A program made the position numbers and the translations under genes. Shown here piece by piece: positions 1-12,049 of a stretch of DNA of 42,376 bases (position 1 is its first letter; each line of letters opens with the position of its first letter). A model generated the notes under the pieces. It saw only the letters and a list, made by a program, of their open reading frames with translations, ran no database searches and was not told where the DNA came from. This DNA comes from Podarcis melisellensis (taxonomy: Eukaryota). The stretch lies in NCBI GenBank assembly GCA_964234715.1, contig OZ174284.1; one strand, 5' to 3'.

Positions 1-124
1 CAATCTCTCACACAGTGCAGAGCCACCCTGCACCTCAGCTGATCCACACACATCACGAGAGGAGCAGGAAGGGCATTTTCCTCTCTATCATAGCATTGGA
101 CAGGGCACCTGACCTCAGAGGAAG

Positions 125-827
125 CCAATGAAACTGAATGTTGGAAGATTCAGAACAGACAACAGAAAAACTTCACACAGACCCTTCAAGTGTCCCTATT
201 TTCCAGGGGCAGCCCTGGATTTACAAAAGCCCTCCCGGTTTCTGATTTGATCCCGAAATGTCCCGCTTTTCCTTAGCACCTTCCTATTTTCATCAGAGAA
301 ATATTGGAGGGTAGGGAGTTATGTGACACCCCGAGCCAAGGAGATAAGTAACTATACAACCTTTGGAAGACATCTGAAGGCAGCCCGGATAGGGAAGTTT
401 TTTAAAATATATATATATTATGTCTTCATATATGTTGGAAGCTGCCCAGAATGGCTGGGGCAACCCAGTCAGATGGACAAGGTATTATTATTATTGACAT
501 CCCTATTTCCATCGGTGAAATGTTGGAGGGTGTGAAGTTATGGAATTCACTCCCACAAGAGGCAGTGATTGCCACCATATTGGATGGCTTTAAAGGAGGA
601 TTAGACAAATTCATGGAGGAGAGGGCTATCAGTGGCTACTAACTCTGACGACGATGCTGTGCCTCCCCTGTCAGAGGCAACATGCTTCTGAATGCCAGTT
701 GCCAGGATGCTACAGGAGAGGAGAGAGCTGTTGCATTCAGGTCCTGCTTGTGGGCTTGACCCATAAGCTACGGCTTGGATGCTGTGAGAACAGGATGCTG
801 GACTAGATGGGCCACTGGCCTGATCCA
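125..827 (+). mobile_element. CR1 LINE 3' end fragment, interrupted at 181-531 by a MITE
   Basis: Remnant ORF2 C-terminus (KLWNSLPQEAVIATILDGFKGGLDKFMEERAISGY*) followed by a 3' UTR ending ...gatgctggactagatgggccactggcctgatcca. The same sequence recurs at ~31076, ~32648 and ~41478. Confidence 0.8.
181..531. mobile_element. Non-autonomous DNA-transposon-like element (MITE) with a duplicated right end and an internal L2 3' tail
   Basis: Termini acccttcaa (181) / ttggagggt (523-531) are inverted. A 30-nt right-end block occurs twice (283-312 and 502-531, 4 mismatches). ~355-495 matches the 3' end of the L2 at 5821-6020. Confidence 0.65.
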
Positions 828-1834
828 TATTGATCTGGGGGTGGGGGTGTTGCCATTTACTGTTCCACCTCTGTGAAATGTCTTGGGTCATCCTCAACAC
901 AAGGGGTGTTTTAGCGATGGCCTACTTTATTATCTCAACCTTGGTCATCAAGCCAGTCACATGGATTCTTTCTACTTTTTTCTTTCTTCCACCAGCAGCC
1001 CTTCCATTTGCTTATTATACAAACAGCATTGTTCATTTGTACCCTGAACTTGCCTGATAAGCTATTTTAAGGAGCCCAATCTGTTAGGATATCTGCTGGC
1101 CTCCATATGTGAATAGCTGAATGGATTATATCCAAGATAAGCGGGAGAAATACACAAAGCTGCAATCACGACATAATTATATTTAATCAGCTTAAACAGC
1201 AGGCTAGAGGGGATTCTCGGAGTAGGAAACCATTGCTTATTGGCACAGAAGGTGCCTGGCCAAGAAAGTGTTTGAAGGGCAGTGAATCTTTGTGATCACA
1301 GTGTCTGTGCTTTGAAGCTGTTGCCATGGTACATCCTACCTACGTGGGAAAGCATCAGTCCTCAAGATAGTCAGTCACAAATGATGCTGCTGTGTCCTGT
1401 GCTTCACCTGGAAATTAGATAAAGCAACTGAAGGAAACATTTCCAGATAAAGCATAGTTTCATATAGTGCTTCTGGCAAGCTGCCTAGTTCAACCACAAA
1501 ACCTCTCCACTGCCATTTTTGCCAGTATTCTGGGCAAGGGAGGCTGGAGAGGCAGCAATAGGCGCTTCCCAACACTATCTGACCACCCTCAAGCCTCACA
1601 TCACACATGAATGTCTCAAAGGTGAGTAAAAGAAAAAAAGTGCACAAACGTTTTCAGAAGATGGGATACCGCTTTCCTTTTAAGGGTAAGATTTAGTGAC
1701 CGAAATCACTTTATTGACCCACACTCACCCCAAAATAGGCTCCAGTGGTTTAAAGTGTCAGCTGAGAAGCTCCTCCTTCAGACCACACCTAGTTAGGAAT
1801 GTTATGCCTGTATTTATTTATTTTCATATGATAC

Positions 1835-1934
1835 ATTTAGTTCTTCCATTGTGGAACTCAAGGAGGCATGCACAGGGTACTCGTGGGGTCTCCCATCCCA
1901 TACCCAGACTGACCATACCCAGACTTGCTTAGCT
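1835..1934 (-). mobile_element. 5S rRNA-derived SINE-like fragment
   Basis: Minus strand agctaagcaagtctgggtatggtcagt...ggatgggagacc resembles the 5S internal control region (AGCTAAGCAGGGTCGGGCCTGGTTAGTACTTGGATGGGAGACC), with a small internal duplication (catacccagact twice). Confidence 0.5.
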
Positions 1935-2344
1935 AGGTGACCAGCCTCATCTGTCTTCAAAGGCCATGGCCTGCAACCTTTTTTCATGCAGTGCGGTTTG
2001 GGACTGATTTTTCAACAGTGCAACAATAAGGCTTGGGTCTGGAATACTTCTTACCACTTAATAGCATTCTGCCTTAGGTTAGATCTAAGTGGGCAAATCT
2101 GAAGCATGAGAACTGGCCTTGATTTGCAGTTAAAAGTATAAGCTCTGAGCTGGGAAGTTACTGATTTAAATTTCCTAACAGATCAGGCTTTAAAAATCAT
2201 GTTCTAAGGGAAGAGGCACTGCTTGGCAGGAACATCTCACTCCCAAGCTGTTGTAAAAACAGCCTATTTTGCTGAACTACCCATGACCTGGCAGAGGAGA
2301 AGCCTTTCCTCTGTGTAACTAATATCCCAAGGAAGAAGATTACT

Positions 2345-2460
2345 ACTGTAGGTCCTTGCCTCCATATATGGATGGACTGCAACTGCCATCATTCATGACT
2401 ATCAGCCATGCTGGCTGGGGCTGATAGGAGCTGGAATCCAACATCATCTGGAAGGCCTCT
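2345..2460. mobile_element. Degenerate palindromic hAT-type MITE
   Basis: ggactgcaactgccatca...tgataggagctggaatcc inverted core, same type as the cleaner copy at 14180-14315. Confidence 0.55.
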
Positions 2461-3440
2461 GAGGCCTCTGGCTCTCTATATCCCAGCAGATGAAACCCGT
2501 CATGTAAGTTTCCTCTGGGCTATCTCCTCTACCTCTAGCCTAGCCTCCCCACACCATGATAAAGGGGCTCTTCTTCCCTTCATCCAGAGTAGATAGGGGT
2601 CAAATGAAGGACTTCTAAGATGCATGTATTCTTGACAATCTGCTTGTCTGAAAAAGAGCTCACCTACTTAAGCCAATTCAGGAGTAAATGAGGTAGCCAT
2701 GCTACCTAACCTGAGAAGGGGTTAGTGGACCACTTAACAGAATCTCATAGGTGCCAACTACATGCCTGTTTGCCTATTCTTCACCCTTAAAAAAGAGAGA
2801 TCCCTTTCAGAGTTTGCTCTCCTTGCAGATGTAAGTAGCAGCTTCAAGAGAGCAATTTTCATCAGGACAAAATTAGAGTGAAAAGGTGTAAACTGCCCCT
2901 TTCAAGATGCTGTGATTCTGATAGTTATCAGCCAGCATCCATAGTGGCTACTAACCTGCTTTTAAAATGTACATTAAATGCAAAGATGCATTTAACATCC
3001 CGCCTTGTTTGGCCCTTTGACTATAGGTCAGGCATTTTGTAACATTGAAAGTTGCCTGGTAGTTTCCAGTTCCAACAACCACATCCCTTGGACCTAAATG
3101 CAAATGGCTACATGTGATGCCTGGACCAATTCCAAGGATCCATTCCAATTCATCTCCATCTCCACTTAATTATCTGAGTTGCTTTAACAATCATTTCTCT
3201 TTGCCAGGAGAACAGAAGAGGAATTGAAAACCAGAGTTTTGATGCTTCTCAGAAAATATTGTAAGACCTTGGGAATTGCAGCTACTGCAGAAGACCCCTT
3301 ACCAGGTAAATGGGGGGGGGACCAGCACAATTCTTCAAAAATAAAGGGGGTGCTGGTGGAGCTGAGAAGAAAGTATTCAACTCCCCAAGCCCCATTTTCA
3401 ATTGGCAAAAGGAATGTCCAGGTACCAGTTGAAGATTTTA

Positions 3441-3663
3441 CAGTGGTACCTCGGGTTACAGATGCTTCAGGTTAACTCTGTTAACCCAGAAATAGTACCT
3501 CAGGTTAAGAACTTTACTTCAGGATGAGAACAGAAATCGTGCTCTGGGAGTGTGGCAGCAGCGGGAGGCCCCATTAGCTAAAGTGGTGCTTCAGGTTAAG
3601 AACTGTTTCAGGTTAAGAACGGACCTCCAGAATGAATTAAGTACTTGCCCCAAGGTACCACTG
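3441..3663. mobile_element. Tc1/mariner-superfamily (Tigger/pogo-like) MITE
   Basis: TIRs cagtggtacct / aggtaccactg, TA on both sides, internal (a/g)ggttaag repeats. Copies at 20919 and 32184 lie in the opposite orientation. Confidence 0.9.
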
Positions 3664-5820
3664 TATATGTAAAGACTTAGCAGTGGAGCTGGTGTTTGCT
3701 GAACAGAAACTTCCCTCAGGACGAGGGCAGTCAGCTATAGATAATAAAATTAAGAAAACCAAACAATTAAATGATGCAGTCCTTAGGTATCTCCATAGTT
3801 GCTTTTCTGAGGAAGAAAAAGGCAGTGGACACTCCAAAGACTGAACTTCCACATCACATCCACTTTGACCCTCAGAAAGAAGAGGCTTGAACATGCAAAG
3901 GAGAGCTATGTATGCTTGAGAGTGTTTGTAGGCAAAAATGAGCAACAAGGCATCCAGCTAGGCCAGCCAAGTTAAAGGGATGGCCACACTGGTTGGGAAT
4001 GATGGGAGCTGGAGTCCAGGACTGCACTCCTACTGCAGCATGTGAATGATAGTGGAATTGCCTTCACGACAGCTTTAACCCTGAAACGTGTTGCTTCAGG
4101 AAAAATTGACTAATGGATACATTGTGACCTGCTCAGTTTTTTTTTTCCTCCTTCACTGACAAACCAGGAATCAAAAAACAAATCTGGCAGAGTGACCAAA
4201 TGCAGGAGAGGTCCAAGCTTTCATCTTTACCAGCTGTATAGAAGACATTTAGATGATCTTCTTCCTCTGGTACTAAAACACAGTAAACAGCATTTACTGC
4301 AATTGCAGGATACACAGACCCCTAATGTGCCGTGGTGACATCTAGCATCAACAGCTGAGGTCAGTGGAGGAGCAATGGCTTTTCCTTGAAAAGAGTGGCC
4401 TCTGATTGTGCTCTATAAAGGAACAATACCCTTAAAATGTTCTACCATTCCAAAAATAGCAATGCTTTTATCCCAGAGTCGCTATCTAATATACACTGAA
4501 AGCTCACTGCTCCTTCTTGAATCAGGCAGACAATGCCCTATGTTCCCCAGTGAGATCATGCTTTCTCACATCCAGTAAGGGCCTGACCATTTTTCTTTCT
4601 TCACGCACTGTGCCCTTCTGATTATTATTTTTCTGGAAACTGATTGCCAGCCATTCTCTGAGTATGGATGAGTGAGGGCTGTTCCAGACTTTTGGGGAAA
4701 GTATCTGTACTTTCTGTTCACATGAATCCACCCACATACCATTTAAAAGCAGGAATTCCTGTTGGGTGGGGGATATGAATATGCTTGCATTTGACATTCT
4801 TTCAAGGAGAACAACAGCAAGAAAACCCTGCTATTACATCAGTGACACACACACACACCTGCCCCAAATCTCAATGATCCACTTTGTGACTTGGGCAATG
4901 ATGGCAATAAACAATGTTACAAAGAAGCAATCTCAGGTTTTTCCCCCCTTTGTGTTTTCACTTTACATTTAGTGTAAGGGAGAGAGTCCACGAGCCATTA
5001 CTTAAATTATTCAGAAACTACTGATATGAATTCTAAGTACAATTAAAATCCAGTCCCTTGCTTTTCATAGAGCAGCTGTTGCCACCCACCAAGGAGAGAG
5101 GGAGGATGAGGAAGGTGGGAAAGCACCGCCAGAGCCATGTGCATTGTCCAGAGTGCCTCACTGCAAGGACCGGAGGGCAAGGTGACACAGCAGAGTTTCC
5201 AAAGGGAAGGTGGCCGCAATGTTGGTAATTACGGTAATGGCAGCGGGACCACCTCCCATTCATGAAAAACTGTGGTTGAAATCTCACAAATGTGCAAATG
5301 TCAAAATGGCTTTGCTGGGAGATTATCTTCTCTTGCTTGTCTTTCCCAGAAATCATGTCCTCCATCATGGAGGGCACGTGTTGCGGTGAGATCACCATAA
5401 ACTGCCTCCCTGTGGTGGGGCAGGACTGTTTGGATGGCCACAACACCCCACTGGTTGCCCCTCGGTTGCTAGGGCAGAGATTGGGCTAATTGGGATGGCT
5501 ATTGGCTGCTGAAGGTCTATATGTTGCTGGAGAGTTTCACTTTCTTGTGACGTGCAGTGGATCACCTGCCCTCCCCTCTCTTTAGTTAGGTTTCTTCTTT
5601 GGACCTTGCTATGCCTGTCTAGGGGTCGTCTATTTTTGGAGCAGTGGCCCGGTAGGAATTTTGCCATTTGGCCGATTGGCTGGTGCCACTTGGTTTTGGC
5701 CATGTAGCAAATCATCACAACTTTGTAAGGTTGGTGGTTAGGCATTGGTTCAATGTTGTTCGGAGGGGACGCGGTTGGCTATGCCTGCCCCTCCATTGCT
5801 GCTGCTAGGGAATTCTGTTA

Positions 5821-5862
<42 letters not shown>

Positions 5863-7360
5863 TAATAATAATTATTGTTATTTATTATTTATACCCCGCC
5901 CATCTGGCTGGGCCTCCCCAGCCACTCTGGGCGGCTTCCATAAAAACCAAAAATACAGTAAAATACCATACGTTAAAAACTTCCCTGAACAGGGCTGCCT
6001 TAAGATGTCTTCTGAATGTCAGGTAGTTGTTTATCGCTTTGACATCTGCTGGAAGGGCATTCCACAGGGTGGGCGCCACTACCGAGAAGGCCCTCTGCCT
6101 GGTTCCCTGTAGCTTTGCTTCTCGCAATGAGGGAACCGCCAGAAGGCCCTCGGCGCTGGACCTCAGCGTCCGGGCAGAATGATGGGGGTGGAGACGCTCC
6201 TTCAGGTATACTGGACCGAGGCCGTTTAGGGCTTTAAAGGTCAACACCAACACTTTGAATTGTGCTCGGAAACATACTGGGAGCCAATGTAGATCTTTCA
6301 AGACCGGTGTTATATGGTCTCAGCGGCCGCTCCCAGTCACCAGTCTAGCTGCCGCATTCTGGATTAGTTGTAGTTTCCGAGGGTAGCCCCACGTAGAGTG
6401 CATTGCAGTAGTCCAAGCGGGAGATAACCAGAGCATGCACCACTCTGGCGAGACAGTCTGCAGGCAGATAAGGTCTCAGCCTACGTACCAGATGGAGCTG
6501 GTAAACAGCTGCCCTGGACACAGATTTGACCTGTGCCTCCATGGACAGCTGTGAGTCCAAAATAACTCCCAGGCTGCGCACCTGGTCCTTCAGGGGCACA
6601 GTTACCCCATTCAGGAGCAGGGAATCCTCCACACCTGCCCGCCTCCTGTCCCCCAGAAACAGTACTTCTGTCTTGTCAGGATTCAACCTCAATCTGTTAG
6701 CCGCCATCCATCCTCCAACCGCCTCCAGACACTCACACAGGACCTTCACTGCCCTCACTGGTTCTGATTTAAAAGAGAGGTAGAGCTGGGTATCATCTGC
6801 ATACTGATGAACACCCAGCCCAAACCTCCTGATGATCTCTCCCAGCGGCTGCATGTAAATGTTGAAAAGCATGGGGGAGAGGACAGAACCCTGAGGCACC
6901 CCACAAGTGAGAGCCCAGGGGTCTGAACACTCATCCCCCACCACCACTTTCTGAACACGGCCCAGGAGGAAGGAGCGGAACCACTGTAGGACAGTGCCCC
7001 CAGCTCCCAGCCCCTCAAGACGGTCCAGAAGGATGTTATGGTCGATGGTATCAAACGCCGCTGAGAGATCCAGCAGAACTAGGAAACAGCTCTCACTTTT
7101 GTCCCTAGCCCGCCGGAGATCATCAACCAGTGCGACCAAGGCAGTTTCAGTCCCATGATGAGGCCTGAATCCCGACTGGAAGGGATCCAAATGGTCCGCT
7201 TCTTCCAGGCGTGCCTGGAGTTGTTCGGCAACCGCTCGCTCTATCACCTTGCCCAAGAATGGAAGATTTGAGACTGGGCGATAGTTGGCCATTGTGGCCG
7301 CATCTAAAGATGGTTTTTTAAGAAGTGGTTTAATAACCGCCTCTTTCAGTGGGTCTGGGA
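5821..7360 (-). mobile_element. L2-clade LINE, 5'-truncated, with (TTA/TAA)n tail
   Basis: RT motifs NYRPVSNLPFLGKVIE, QSGFR, LLDLSAAFDTIDH, GVPQGSVLSP, YADDTQLY; L2-type C-terminus LHWLPV...KVLVLTFKALNG; simple-repeat tail at 5821-5890. Confidence 0.95.
5885..7360 (-). pseudogene. L2 ORF2 reverse transcriptase remnant (frameshift near 6380, in-frame TGA at 6320-6322)
   Basis: ORFs 6345-7403 and 5885-6301 are one disrupted frame: ...YVGLP / RKLQLIQNAAARLVTGSGR*DHITPVLKDLHWLP. The endonuclease domain is absent. Confidence 0.9.
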
Positions 7361-10300
7361 AGGAATCCAGGGGCTTGCCTTGCTTTTGTCTGCACCCTGT
7401 CAAAGGGCTAGGGCCACACCAGAGCCCCTGGGAACATGTGGGGTGAGCTGTGAGATCGAAGGAGTTCTCACTCCCCCAGGATGCTTTCCCTTACTGACAT
7501 ATTGTGGTGCCCAGTGTCAGTCCTGTTCCTGCCACTGTGCAGATTCAAGTAGTCTGGAACCAATGCCTAAGCAACCACTCACATGCTGTAATCAATAAAG
7601 CTGTGGCCTAAATTAATGCCAAGAACCTTAAAACTAAATTCTGTGTCTATTGTCTTTAGTGGGGGGTTGGGGGTCTTCACACACAACAATTTCTTTCTGT
7701 GCAAAGCCTGGACAGTTCCTTGCAAACAGCCCCTGCAGCTTCAATTCCTTCCAGGCTCAATTTGTTCCTTCCTTCCTTCCTTCCTTCCTCCCCTCCCCCT
7801 GCCTTGAACACCCTTTCCCATTCTCTGCCTTATCTCTGCTCCCAGGTTTGGGCTAGTTTGCAAGGAGGGATTCCCTTGATTAGATGCTGACTGGCGAAGG
7901 GACTGACCACTGCCCAGTCTACCAGGGCAGCATAACACTTGCCTCACTGGGCATCAGCAACCCATGCTACGCCCCGGCTTAGTAGTATTGCATTCTAAAT
8001 CTGTCCAAATTCTTGTTATCAAATTATATCTTAATGAAGTTTTTATATAAATTAAGAACCCATAAATAGATAGATACTAAACAGTCCCTGAACTAGAGCA
8101 CCTGTAAGTAATATAAATGTCACTGTTCGGTTGTTTTGTACTTTTGAACTACCCCTTACATACTTGTAGCAACTCCCAACTAGTTTGACTCTAAATTGCC
8201 TGGGATAGAGGCAGCCAATGGGAATATGCAGCCACATTTGCCACAGACAGTGCTTTATAGACTGCCAGAAAAGATACATGGTCATCTCTCGGCACATAGT
8301 AAGTGTTCTCCTTCATCACTGTCACCATGGTATTTTCAAGCCATGGACAAAACAATGTAAGAGGCAGAAACAACACCGTTCATTTTGAAGGCACCAGTTT
8401 TAAGTACTGCATTCCAAATCCAGTGCTTATAACATATGCAGGAAGGTTACAATGCACTCACAGATCCTCATAAAAGCAAAGGTTGCCCCCTGACATCAAT
8501 GACAATGCTAAGCTTTTCCTTGTTTCATGCTTCCTGGGTAAAAATTGCAAAGCAGATCACACATTTCCCTCCTAGAGCAATGGATAAGTTTCACACAAAT
8601 ATGATATGTTCCCATCTCTCTGCAAGGCCGATGCATGAGCCTCCATTTTGTATGTTGCGCAAGGAGTGCTTGTTGCCTACATTTTCTAAGCCACTGTTTT
8701 TGTGTACTCTATGAAGCAGCCCTGCAGAAATTCCCCCAAACACCGTATATATTCTCTAGTCAAGAACAACTCAGCCCTGAGAGCAGGATATTCACAGTAT
8801 AGGATGTCACCTACAACTGAGTTGAAATCTTAACCTCAGTGTAGTTTTGTATAAACCAAATAAATGGCATGGGAATTTTACCACTCCAACCGAGGACAAA
8901 GCATAGTCCTTGAATTGCAGCTTATGTAAAACTGAAAGCAGGGGGCATGCTGATAGAAAACGTTGAGTCTAAAATGCTGCCAATTTTTTTTAAAAAAAGA
9001 GCAGCTCAAGAAGCCCAGGGCTAGATTTGATTTCTACCAACAGGAAAAAACAACTATATTTTATTCTGGTTCATACTACTTAACTTTCCTTTTGGAGGAA
9101 GCAGGTGAGGTCCAAGGGAAAACCAACCCGGATTTCATTTTCATTTCATCTTTACATTTTGCCAGCATGTGCTGAATAGTTTCTAAGCTCTTGAGAGCAA
9201 AGGGAAAACATCACCACAGATCACTGATATATTTTTGCATGAATGATTTATCAACCCTGAAATTAAAACAACCTTTAATTCAAAGGAACACGTCAGGCAG
9301 CAGAATGGGCCGTGTGGTTCGTGTAAAGTTATATTTATTGTGAGAAGCCATAAATGAATTCAAAGCTTGGTGCCCTACTTATTTTCTGAGAGATATGGTA
9401 TGCAGGAGCCCAGAATGGTTATTATTCAGCAACTTACATTGGTAAGCTATGGGTATTGATTGCACTGTGTTCTGTATTGATCCTAACCATTACAGAGGGT
9501 TGCTTTAGATGACCCTCAGGGTCCCTACGATTCTACAATTTACTTTTGGTCTGAGCTGAAACTGAAAGTCTGAAAACAGTGGCCATTTGTTTCGCGTAGC
9601 TGTTAAATATGTGTGTTTTTATGATGGCACTGTTAGGATTGTCCTACTTGTGTGTAGGACCCTGGCAGAGACACATGCCCGACTGGCATGTTCTCTCCCT
9701 CCTGGTTGATCATTCAGGAGCTTCAAAAGCTTTCTCCAACCCAAACATCACAGCGACTGATACAAAGTGGCATTAGCACACTTAGGATCCTGCAGAGTGT
9801 TAGCAGTTTGCGTAACAGAACTCAGTAGCGCAACATTTTGGCTAATCTACTTTATTTACATATAATACACTCGGAGCATTCTGAATTAGCTCCTTCCTTT
9901 TTCTCATCAGACAGCAAAGAGAAAGGACAAAGGACAATAGTCCCACAGCACGGAGCAAGAATCCTAGGAGGCACCAGTCCAATCCTATCCATGCTTACTT
10001 GACATTAGGTCCAGCTGAGTTCAAGGCAGACTTGCGTCCATCTGCTTCAAATTGTAAGGCTCAGCCACTTAAAGTTACATAGCCTCAAATCATATATTCA
10101 GGGAGGGAGGGGTGCTGAAATGCTTGGGAAGTCGTTCAGAAAAGAAACCAACAAACTCCTGTAACTCATATGTTGGTCAGAGTTCGGGAGCAGAAATCAT
10201 GCAAGCAGTATTTTCTACCATTTTTCCCCCTCTTTAGTTTGAAGAAGCTGTGTAAATGACTACATTGCTTTCTGCACTTGACACTTGAATTCCGTTAAAA

Positions 10301-10624
10301 TGTATTGAAATTAATTATAGAAATCATATTGGCTTCAGCCAAAGCAGATAGCAAGACAAACAGCTTGGGTCTTAGTGGGAGCTGAAATGTAGTGTAAAGG
10401 AAACAGTGTTGATTGTGATAAAAACAGGATGGGAGAGATATTTCTGTTTCTTTACATCCCTAGCAAAAACAGAGATCTAAACCATCCAGCAAGTATATTA
10501 GTGACCTCAGATTTCCAGCTAGGAACAAATTAGTTGCCATGTGTCTAAGTTAAGTCAGTAAGAATGCAATCCTTATGTAAATAATAATATTGTGGGGATT
10601 ATTGTTTCTGTTTGCTACTATATT

Positions 10625-10701
10625 CTGTGTTTTTGTGTTTTTATATTGTAAACTGCCCTGTGATCTTTGGATTATGGGTAGTGGTAATAATAATAATAAT
10701 A
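10625..10701 (+). mobile_element. L2-type 3' tail fragment with (TAA)n
   Basis: tgtaaactgccctgtgatct is shared with the L2 end at ~40978 and is followed by (taa)n. Confidence 0.6.
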
Positions 10702-11090
10702 CTTGTTTACCTGGGAGTAAGCTCCACTGAACCCAGCGGGGCTAACTTCTCAGTAGACATGTATACAGCTCAAGGGGGATGAATTGTGAAAGCACACACC
10801 ATTCTTCCAGTAAGCACAGAGTTTCTCCCTCAAACCACATGGTTCTCTTTGATCCTCCTCAGTGATTTCTCACTGCAAGAGCAAAACAGTCTGCAGTGGA
10901 GGACAGTCTTTCAGATTTCAGTAGGGTGTAATTATTTTCGAAGCCATGGACAGCATTATGTTCTGCAGGGCTGAGATTATATGAGTAGCAATTCTGTTTC
11001 TCTTTCTGCTGCTAAAGACTAACGTGGCTATTCTTCTGGAAACACATGATTATTCATCTGGAAAGAATTCAATAAACTGTGAATTCAGTG

Positions 11091-11092
<2 letters not shown>

Positions 11093-11138
<46 letters not shown>
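11093..11138. repeat. (TA)n microsatellite
   Basis: Perfect TA run seen directly. Confidence 0.98.
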
Positions 11139-11141
<3 letters not shown>

Positions 11142-11700
11142 GAAGCATCTCCTAAGTAGCTTTGAGAGGTGACAGAATCTATTTTCCCCCAGCACCTCCC
11201 AATATATTGAATCTTATGACCATGTGCTGTAAAATATGTACACTGGTGTTATAAAATGAGAGGTAGCCTCTGAACATTGGGTTCTTTCAACTTACGCAAT
11301 TGAATAGCATCAGACACACAAGCAATCTGTATATAGCCCAATATCTAAAAAAAGAAAAATGAAAAAGGACCATGTTTCCATCTGAATGATTGATTTGCTC
11401 ACCAAGAGGTGAGGCCAGCGTAATGTCAGACCTTAACATCTATAGGGAAATATGCTACAGTGATTTGCTTCTCTCTTTTTTATCATGGAGAATTTAAGAA
11501 GGCTAGATCTGATGACGGTATCACAAAAAATGCTAGCTGTGTAAGAAGCTGTAATTCTCCCTTCTCATTCTCTGTTGGCTTCAATGAATTCATTTCAGAT
11601 GATTGCAAAGGAAGCATTTTGCAGTATAATCCTATACATGTCTATTTAGAAGTTAGTCCCACTGCTAATTTTTAAAGTCTTCATAATTCAATATAAGAAT

Positions 11701-12049
11701 AAAGGTAAAGGGACCCCTGACCATTAGATCCAGTCGTAACCGACTCTGGGGTTGCGGCGCTCATCTCACTTTATTGGCCGAGGGAGCCGGTGTACAGCTT
11801 CCGGGTCATGTGGCCAGAATGACTAAGCCACTTCTGGCGAACCAGAGCAGTGTACGAAAACGCCATTTACCTTCTGCTGGAGCAGTACCTATTTACCTAC
11901 TTGCACTTGACGTGCTTTTGAACTGCTAGGTTGGCAAGAGCGGGGACCGAGCAATGGGAGCTCACCCCGTTGCGAGGATTCGAACCACCGACCTTCTGAT
12001 CGCAAGTCCTAGGCTCAGTGGTTTAGACCACAGTGCCATCCACGTCACT
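11701..12049 (-). mobile_element. Sauria SINE
   Basis: (ACCTTT) tail, tRNA-like head with B box (ggttcgaatcc on minus), TSD atataagaat at 11691-11700 and 12050-12059. Confidence 0.93.

Larger units (their letters stand above)
5350..7686 (+). mobile_element. ~800-bp LTR-like / putative YR (DIRS/Ngaro-type) solo element, copy A, split by an L2 insertion (5350-5820 + 7361-7686)
   Basis: Both halves align colinearly with uninterrupted copy B (23592-24402): catggagggcacgtgttgcggtg, gaccttgctatgcctgtc, ggtaggaattttg, caatgcctaagcaaccactcac, aataaagctgtggcc. Superfamily assignment is inference. Confidence 0.8.

Noticed and set aside
6526-7054. Additional ORFs overlapping the L2 RT
   Set aside because: Alternative or antisense frames of a GC-rich LINE.
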